Shown: piece after piece, positions 58,108 through 64,000 of the stretch | How the letters are laid out: the number at the start of each line of letters is the position of its first letter | Position numbering within the stretch: the first letter of the stretch is position 1 | Origin: an uncultured Alteromonadaceae bacterium | Lineage (GTDB): Bacteria; Pseudomonadota; Gammaproteobacteria; Pseudomonadales; Halieaceae | Reading direction: 5' to 3' | Assembly (NCBI GenBank): GCA_964420615.1 | Contig: CAYQUE010000001.1 | Coordinates: 3,386-67,385, forward strand | DNA: 64,000 bases | Position numbers and translations under genes: made by a program | The notes under the pieces: model-generated | Told to the model about the DNA's origin: nothing | The model's database searches: none | Seen by the model: only the letters and a program-made list of their open reading frames with translations

Positions 58108-59127
58108 TCACCACCACTTTTCCTGTCCGACGTTGACCGACACGCCCCACCGATCCACCAGCGTCATCAAGGGCTCCCCGGTGACGGTCGACCCGTCCCC
58201 CGCAGTGAGGACAAAGGGCAGACCAAAAATATTGTGGACCTTCCCCCCTGAGAGGGCGATTGACCCTACCTGCGCCTTGACCGCCGCATATTGCGACTCC
58301 TCGGGAACCCTATGCGTGCCTCGCGTATCGCGACCTTTGCCCTCCAATGTCCCGATTTGGTGCAGATGGGCATCCTTGAGCACCACGCCCTCAGCCCCTG
58401 CGTCGATGACGACCCCATCCTTGGCCGCTCCACTGATATGCAGCGAATTAAATGCGGCGGACCGCACCCGGGCGCCGACGCGAACGCCCGCCGAACACCC
58501 CTGGGGCGAAATATTTAGCCCCTCGAAGACCCAGAAACTGACCTCCAGCATGAGCGATTCGGCTTCGCAAAAGCCCGGATCGGCTCCCAGCAAGAGGGCA
58601 TCACTGGCAAAATAAACGGTGATTGGGCGCTCAGGGGTCCCATTCTGCGCTTGCGAACCGATTCGATACGTGTCGCCGTACTGCCCGCTCATGACGATCA
58701 GGCGATCACCGGGCATGAGCCTGTCAAGCGCCGCTTGCAGGCCAATCCAAGGATCTGATTGCGTCCCCGCGGGCTCTGGCCCTTCAGCCGAAGTTTCGGC
58801 GCCCAGAGGCCTGACGAATTTATCAGTGGGTAACAAATCAGATGTCGTGAGACGCAACCGGGGAATCTCGTCCGCGGGCACTTCATCCCTAGCGCCCGCT
58901 TCTTTGTCCACCGGCGCCTCGAACTTATCCAAGATTTCGAAGCGAGAAGTCCGCGCCGGGGGCTGGGCCCCCTGACTCAGGGTTGCACCGGCAAAAATTT
59001 CCCTCAACTCACTAGCGGCCCGGTCATAGCGATAGGCCCGATAGGCTTCGTTTGCCCCGAAACCGACCAGGCCGATACCGACCATCATTGCAAATAAGGG
59101 GATGAACCGGTTTCTGCGATCATTCAT
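58108..59127 (-). CDS. Membrane-anchored short beta-helix protein, copy 2
   Basis: Start overlaps the upstream stop (ATGAATGA); GTQSDPW.GLQAAL..L.PGDRL; ends GQEKWW. Confidence 0.78.
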   Translation of the reverse strand: MNDRRNRFIPLFAMMVGIGLVGFGANEAYRAYRYDRAASELREIFAGATLSQGAQPPARTSRFEILDKFEAPVDKEAGARDEVPADEIPRLRLTTSDLLPTDKFVRPLGAETSAEGPEPAGTQSDPWIGLQAALDRLMPGDRLIVMSGQYGDTYRIGSQAQNGTPERPITVYFASDALLLGADPGFCEAESLMLEVSFWVFEGLNISPQGCSAGVRVGARVRSAAFNSLHISGAAKDGVVIDAGAEGVVLKDAHLHQIGTLEGKGRDTRGTHRVPEESQYAAVKAQVGSIALSGGKVHNIFGLPFVLTAGDGSTVTGEPLMTLVDRWGVSVNVGQEKWW

Positions 59128-60232
59128 CGGTAGATCCTTGACCTCTCGCGCCGTTCTCTGTGGCGCCTGATCGCGTCGAGGCCACCCATTCGGCGTCAAA
59201 CAGAGCCCCGTAGCGATCAAGCCACGCAATCGGGAATTGAGACTCAATCAAGCGAGAGAAACAGCCATCGCGTTCGGTTGCTGAGCTCACTGCGGCCATT
59301 TCGAGGTCGTAAGCCAAGAGGTTCCAGTGATGAGCGGAATTGCCTCGACCTTTCTGTGCCCTCGGCTGATATCGCCCGCCGCCTTCATACCTGAACACCA
59401 AGCCATCACGGTGCGGCACCTCGACCAAGTGCTCCTGCGAGCGCCATTGCCTGTAAAAAGCCTCTCCCCGGGCAGGCACCGTTGACCAGTCGTGCACCCT
59501 ACCGGACAGGCTGGCAAACTCTGCAGATAGTGACGTATCCCACTGACTACGATTGGAAGTCAGCATGGGGTGTTGGCCAAACGGATCGGATACGAGGTAC
59601 GCGTCTTGGGCGCTGGTCCACGCGCAGCCAACGTCGGGGCCTGATTCCATGAAGAAACCCAGCCAATCACCCGCGTCGAAAACGGACACAACATCCACAG
59701 CAATGCCCATTTGAGGCCGTCCGCTCATGGTGTAGCGGAGCAGCTGCGGCATATCGCCTTCAGGGAAATGGCTCTCGTGACGCAAGATAAATCTCGGCAG
59801 CAACGCGGCCAGATCATCACCCACGTCAAAATCAAAAATCAGGACGGGACTGTGCGCCAGTGGGTTTGGCGTGCCAGACGCGGTTAGCAGTTGCCGCGGC
59901 TCCAGACCCAAGACAGAACCCGAATCGCGATCACCCTTGGGTACATGCTCCCCCATGCCGGGCGGCGCTTGTTTATAAGGTGCGTCAGACTTTCCGGAGT
60001 CACCGGCGCCACCTACCGTGGGGTCAACTAAAATGGGGGCAACGACAGAGGGTTCGGCTACAGTGGGCTGTACCCCATCTGCTTGCGCGGAGACGTCCAG
60101 ATGGTGGGCGGCATCTGCAGGGGATTCAGTGTCAGTGTCTTGTGAACAGGATACGCCCATTAACAGAGCAACCGTCGACAGGCACAACCACCGGAGGCAG
60201 CGCATACTCAGAGACACCTCGCGGTCTGTCAT
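59120..60232 (-). CDS. Hypothetical lipoprotein, copy 2 (GRGNSAHHWNLLAY motif)
   Basis: Lipobox-like GVSC, disordered linker, conserved core shared with 53057-54013. Confidence 0.8.
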   Translation of the reverse strand: MTDREVSLSMRCLRWLCLSTVALLMGVSCSQDTDTESPADAAHHLDVSAQADGVQPTVAEPSVVAPILVDPTVGGAGDSGKSDAPYKQAPPGMGEHVPKGDRDSGSVLGLEPRQLLTASGTPNPLAHSPVLIFDFDVGDDLAALLPRFILRHESHFPEGDMPQLLRYTMSGRPQMGIAVDVVSVFDAGDWLGFFMESGPDVGCAWTSAQDAYLVSDPFGQHPMLTSNRSQWDTSLSAEFASLSGRVHDWSTVPARGEAFYRQWRSQEHLVEVPHRDGLVFRYEGGGRYQPRAQKGRGNSAHHWNLLAYDLEMAAVSSATERDGCFSRLIESQFPIAWLDRYGALFDAEWVASTRSGATENGARGQGSTDE

Positions 60233-60477
60233 TGGACAACCACGTTAAGGCACACAGCTGCGTGAACCACCGTGCCCTTCGTTTCAATCAAAATGCCACA
60301 GGACGTGGCGCTCGAAGTCATCAGCAAAGTCATCCTCGTGCTCATAAACCCATTGTATCGAGGAGCAAGGTCTTTTCTATCTTGTGAGTGCCGACCGGAC
60401 TATCCCCGTTCCCGGCCGCGATCAGCGACTTCAACCCACTCTCGCCAATGTGTGTCTGAACACCGAGGCTCTCTGAA

Positions 60478-60789
60478 TCAGCTATCCGCTGCCTCGAGCG
60501 CGTCCGACATGCACTTGAGCAAGGCCTCCTTAGTGGCGGCGGTTAGCTGACCCTCCTCAACGCGTTTTCCCGAGGAGCGAGCGACACACGGGACCATGTC
60601 GCTCTCCTCGGAGCAGCGTTCTCCCACGTATTCCACATCCTCGGTTGAAAGCACTGACGCCTCTGCACAGGCCAGAAATACCTCAAACTGCCGGTCATTG
60701 ATACTGGCTTCGTCAGCGAAGCTGGGTCCGCTCACCGAGCCGCCCGCAAGCAAGGTGACGACAGCGATAAACTTTACTCTGGCAAACAT
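60478..60789 (-). CDS. Small secreted Cys-containing helical protein
   Basis: GGAGG RBS, signal peptide (SFA-D), four cysteines. Confidence 0.6.
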   Translation of the reverse strand: MFARVKFIAVVTLLAGGSVSGPSFADEASINDRQFEVFLACAEASVLSTEDVEYVGERCSEESDMVPCVARSSGKRVEEGQLTAATKEALLKCMSDALEAADS

Positions 60790-60831
60790 GTTCCACTTCC
60801 CTCCCCGACCGACTAGCCCGAACTTCACCTG

Positions 60832-61188
60832 TTACGCGGCGCGCGCCTCGGCGTAGCGCAAGGCCTTCAAACCCCCTATTACCCCAAAAATACCATCGAC
60901 TTTGAGCACCTGACCGGCGCTGGAGACAACCTGAAAATATCCCCCTAGGTGATAGTGACCTCGGGTGACCAAAGCAATGCCAATCAGCTGACCCACCGAC
61001 ATGAATAAGGTAGCCACAAAGTAGATCTCTAATACTCCCCAGTGAAAATCCACCCCAAATTCTTGCTTGTCAAAGAACACAATTTGCACCAAGACCAGCG
61101 ATTCGACCATGTCGAGAAAGAAAGAGGCCCAAGCCCAGTTGAGCCCATTTGCTTGTTGCACTTTATCAGTCTCACTGGTATCGCTCAC
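60832..61188 (-). CDS. Hypothetical membrane protein
   Basis: About 3 hydrophobic segments; 9 nt downstream of the flippase-like gene. Confidence 0.6.
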   Translation of the reverse strand: MSDTSETDKVQQANGLNWAWASFFLDMVESLVLVQIVFFDKQEFGVDFHWGVLEIYFVATLFMSVGQLIGIALVTRGHYHLGGYFQVVSSAGQVLKVDGIFGVIGGLKALRYAEARAA

Positions 61189-61197
61189 TGCGACCCA

Positions 61198-62292
61198 TCA
61201 GCCATGAGTCGCGATAGATGAGAATGGCACCGTTGCGACACGCCTGGCGCCCATCACCAGGCCGAACAACCCACCCCCCAAATACCGCATCGCCGCAAAC
61301 AGGACCGCCATCGTCACGGCCTCCGGCATGCCGGTTCCGGACAGGTAGATTGCCATAGCAAAGCCCCATTCGAATTGCCCCAGGCCACCGGGCGTCACAG
61401 GAATCAAACGGGCGATGTTCCCGGCGACCAGCGCCATCAAAAAGACCGGAAACTCAATATTGATGATCACGTGCGTGCTGGTAAACGCCTGCGACAGCAA
61501 ATAGACCCCGACATGCTCCGCAAAAAACGCCACAAGAGAGAGCGCAAAGATACCCAGAAACACCAGAGGCTTATCCGTCATGGGACGAAAGGCGCGTTGC
61601 GCGGCACCCACATAGTCAATGGCCATTCGCCACCCGGACGCTGACCGCGTTGTCCAATATGCCACCAGCAGAATAAACAAACCCCAAAATGCCTGCTCCA
61701 GCCATCCTGTCCAGCCAAGAAACGCCAGTGACACGATCGAGAAGAACGCAAGCTCAGCAATGACAATCAGCCTAACGTTGTCCACAACCGCCGCCTGCGC
61801 TGATACCTCTGCGCCCGCGGCTGCGAGCTCGGAGGCAATCACCTGATCGCCAGCACGCATGGGTAACCAGCGATCTCGCGATTGAGACACGAAGTACATC
61901 CTGAATGTGTCCAGAGAGTCACCGTCGATCCCCGCTTTACGCACCAGGTGTCCCAGCTGCAATCCCTTTAAGGTCCAGAACACACCCATGCATACCAACG
62001 CCAAGCCCAGAAGAGGCCATGCCACTGGATCCTGACTGGCGATGAAGTACTTCAGCTCAGGGACGCCATCAATGGGACCAATCTGCTTGTCGTGAAAGCG
62101 GACCACACCGCCTTCAATCATCAGGTTCAATACCCGCGTGTTAGCAACGAGGTTCCACAAACCGCCGGCCATCGCCAAAAAGGAAAGCAATGTTACGCAA
62201 GCCACCCAGGGCAGCGCCAGGGCAGCCAAAAGTCGTTCCGGCAGGGATTTATCATTCATATCTGCATTTCCGTTCGTAACTGTATTGTTCAT
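61198..62292 (-). CDS. Lysylphosphatidylglycerol-synthase TM / UPF0104 flippase-like protein
   Basis: Multi-TM; WLPMRAGD and IPVTPGGLGQFE signature. Confidence 0.8.
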   Translation of the reverse strand: MNNTVTNGNADMNDKSLPERLLAALALPWVACVTLLSFLAMAGGLWNLVANTRVLNLMIEGGVVRFHDKQIGPIDGVPELKYFIASQDPVAWPLLGLALVCMGVFWTLKGLQLGHLVRKAGIDGDSLDTFRMYFVSQSRDRWLPMRAGDQVIASELAAAGAEVSAQAAVVDNVRLIVIAELAFFSIVSLAFLGWTGWLEQAFWGLFILLVAYWTTRSASGWRMAIDYVGAAQRAFRPMTDKPLVFLGIFALSLVAFFAEHVGVYLLSQAFTSTHVIINIEFPVFLMALVAGNIARLIPVTPGGLGQFEWGFAMAIYLSGTGMPEAVTMAVLFAAMRYLGGGLFGLVMGARRVATVPFSSIATHG

Positions 62293-62303
62293 AGCTCAGT
62301 CCC

Positions 62304-64000
62304 TCAATTACCTGCGGACAGCGCAGAAATAGTTGATTCTGCTAACTGCACTGAGGCGTCGCCATTGATACGAGCATAGACTTTGCGCAATGCCTCCTCG
62401 AGATTACGCCCCATTGCCACCTGCTCCCTGAATACAACTGCGACGCGATGCAGCTGCGTCAACTCGTTTTGCTGTGATCTCAGGAAAATTGGCTCGACGT
62501 AGAGAATTTCCTTTTCCATGGGTAGCGTGATCGTATGACCTCGTATCACATCCAATCCACGCCGGTTCCACAGCGCCAGCTGCGCAGAGATCTCGGGATC
62601 CTGATCAATGATCGAATCCGCCTGCTCCGGACCCAATACATACTGTCCCTTGGGCACCTCGAGTACGCTCAGCTTGCCGTAGTCGGCACCGTCCTGATAA
62701 ACGATAGGGATGCCTCTCAGGTTAAGCGCCTTTTCCGGCGTGAATACCAACAGCTGGGAATACTGCTCGGAAAGGCTTGAGTCCGGCATACCGTCGCCGG
62801 TTCTCATCATTACGGGGAAAGGCTCGATAGAAAAGCGAATCGCCTTACCCTGATCGATGATAGGGCCCAACACCTCGTCAGCATCGTCCCACATATCCTC
62901 GAGATTGAAGAAGTACATGGGATCGTTCATGTGATAGTAGATGTAAAGATCATCGAACTGCAGATGGAACAAGTGCACGGGATATGTCACCTGAGCACGC
63001 AGGTCAGACGACATTCCTTCTATCGGTGTAAACAACCCTGGGTAAATGTCGGCCCACGCGTTTATCACAGGATCATCTGACGCCTGATAGAAAGTCACCT
63101 CTCCGGTGTACGCGTCTAGGACGGCTTTTACAGAGTCCTCGACATAGTTAACGAACTGATGTGTGACAGGAAACGGGGATCGTTGGTCTGATTTATCCCC
63201 CAATTCCGCATAGCGTGCGTAGGGAAATTGATCAGACGTTGTCAGGCCATTGACCATCCACTGGATTTCACCATCAGCTACCACCGCGTAAGGATTGGTG
63301 TCGAAGTAGAGGAACGGCGCCACCGCCTCCAGACGCTCGAGCGGCCTGCGCATGTAGTGCACGCGAGTTTCATCAGTGATGAGATCCGAAAACACAAAAT
63401 CGACTAAACGACCACTGAGGTATCCAAATACGATTCGCTTTAGCAGTGAATCGTTCGCCACTGCCGTGGTCTCGCCATCCGCCAGACGCAAAGTTGCGCG
63501 GTCATCGTCTGTCGGGAAGTCCAGCTCGGTCATACGATCGACGTTGGAAAAGGCCATCGTGGCGGCGGCCTCGCCATAGTAAACGCGCTCGTTGCTTACA
63601 GTGGTCTCCTGCCAGCTGTATTCACCCGGGATGTTTTTGGAGACGTAATTCAGGCCGCCCGCATCGGTGACTTCATTGGCCGGTGCCATGACCAGCCCGA
63701 ACCCATGCGTGTATAGCATGTATCTTTGGCCAAAATAGTTCAGCCATGGTAGCGGTTCATAGAGCGGTAGCTCACGCACGCCGCTGACCACGATCCGCTT
63801 TTCGCCGTCAATTTCGTAGCGCGCATAATCAACGCCCATAAATCGGTAATATGCGCGGAGTTTTTGCGCCTGCTGCATAGTCTCTAGCGTTGGGCCATAC
63901 GTCATTGTAGAGCCGCCTGCTGTCAGCACGCGATTCGCGTGCTGGGGGTCGAGTAGCCTCTCGAGATAGCTTGAAAAACCGGGCCAGATCGGCGCGTTTT
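62304..64000 (-). CDS. UPF0182 family membrane protein, C-terminal part (start outside window)
   Basis: QKLRAYYRF..VD..RY.IDG, RELP, YTHGFG, RVYYGE, APFL.FD..PY, DAYTG.V.FY, LYVEPIFL; frame is open to the window end. Confidence 0.88.
   Translation of the reverse strand, partial: NAPIWPGFSSYLERLLDPQHANRVLTAGGSTMTYGPTLETMQQAQKLRAYYRFMGVDYARYEIDGEKRIVVSGVRELPLYEPLPWLNYFGQRYMLYTHGFGLVMAPANEVTDAGGLNYVSKNIPGEYSWQETTVSNERVYYGEAAATMAFSNVDRMTELDFPTDDDRATLRLADGETTAVANDSLLKRIVFGYLSGRLVDFVFSDLITDETRVHYMRRPLERLEAVAPFLYFDTNPYAVVADGEIQWMVNGLTTSDQFPYARYAELGDKSDQRSPFPVTHQFVNYVEDSVKAVLDAYTGEVTFYQASDDPVINAWADIYPGLFTPIEGMSSDLRAQVTYPVHLFHLQFDDLYIYYHMNDPMYFFNLEDMWDDADEVLGPIIDQGKAIRFSIEPFPVMMRTGDGMPDSSLSEQYSQLLVFTPEKALNLRGIPIVYQDGADYGKLSVLEVPKGQYVLGPEQADSIIDQDPEISAQLALWNRRGLDVIRGHTITLPMEKEILYVEPIFLRSQQNELTQLHRVAVVFREQVAMGRNLEEALRKVYARINGDASVQLAESTISALSAGN

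Larger units (their letters stand above)
48160..60232 (-). repeat. Diverged tandem duplication of a ~6 kb three-gene cassette
   Basis: Unit 48160-54013 and unit 54310-60232 share gene order, protein motifs and terminator sequence. Confidence 0.9.

Noticed and set aside
48207-60232. Prophage, contractile injection or toxin-immunity locus
   Set aside because: No phage structural, integrase, VgrG/Rhs or toxin motifs; the C-termini are conserved anchors rather than variable toxin tips.
60284-60298. Sigma54-like promoter (TGGCATTTTGATTGA, minus strand) upstream of cassette copy 2
   Set aside because: The -12 element reads TTGA rather than TTGC, and the similar TGGCA upstream of copy 1 has the wrong spacing.
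1-64000. CRISPR arrays, tRNA/rRNA genes, IS elements
   Set aside because: No regularly spaced repeats, cloverleaf or rRNA-like tracts, or transposase motifs seen by eye; short ncRNAs could have been missed.

Overview
Gene-dense, GC-rich bacterial chromosome segment with about 52 supported CDSs. Gene content (FabY-type KAS, RibBX, orphan Rieske oxygenases, many secreted proteins) suggests a marine gammaproteobacterium such as Halieaceae/OM60-NOR5; this is inference only. I saw no rRNA, tRNA, CRISPR array, integrase or transposase. Blocks: (1) 1-10 kb housekeeping, lipid and flavin genes. (2) 10-18 kb sigmaE-type promoter, PmrAB/QseBC-like two-component system, cupredoxin/FTR1/outer-membrane iron-uptake genes, then a PmrA-box-preceded operon ('thermostable hemolysin' family, adenylating ligase, TauD-type oxygenase, SDR) that looks like a small biosynthetic cluster. 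(3) LemA and an M48 protease. (4) 21-28 kb CoA-dependent catabolic module (ligase, split hot-dog hydratase, Cys-less thiolase-fold protein plus DUF35, Rieske oxygenase). (5) 29-42 kb aldehyde dehydrogenase, molybdo-flavoenzyme and hydrolases. (6) 43-47.6 kb non-canonical TMA/histamine-dehydrogenase-like flavoprotein, Rieske oxygenase and MFS transporter. (7) 48-60 kb, the most unusual part: a tandemly duplicated, strongly diverged three-gene cassette (motif-rich anchored protein, short beta-helix protein ending GQEKWW, ~1,200-aa surface protein with a C-terminal sorting signal, shared terminator). (8) A flippase-like gene and a truncated UPF0182 gene at the window edge. All family calls come from motif recognition by eye, not database searches.
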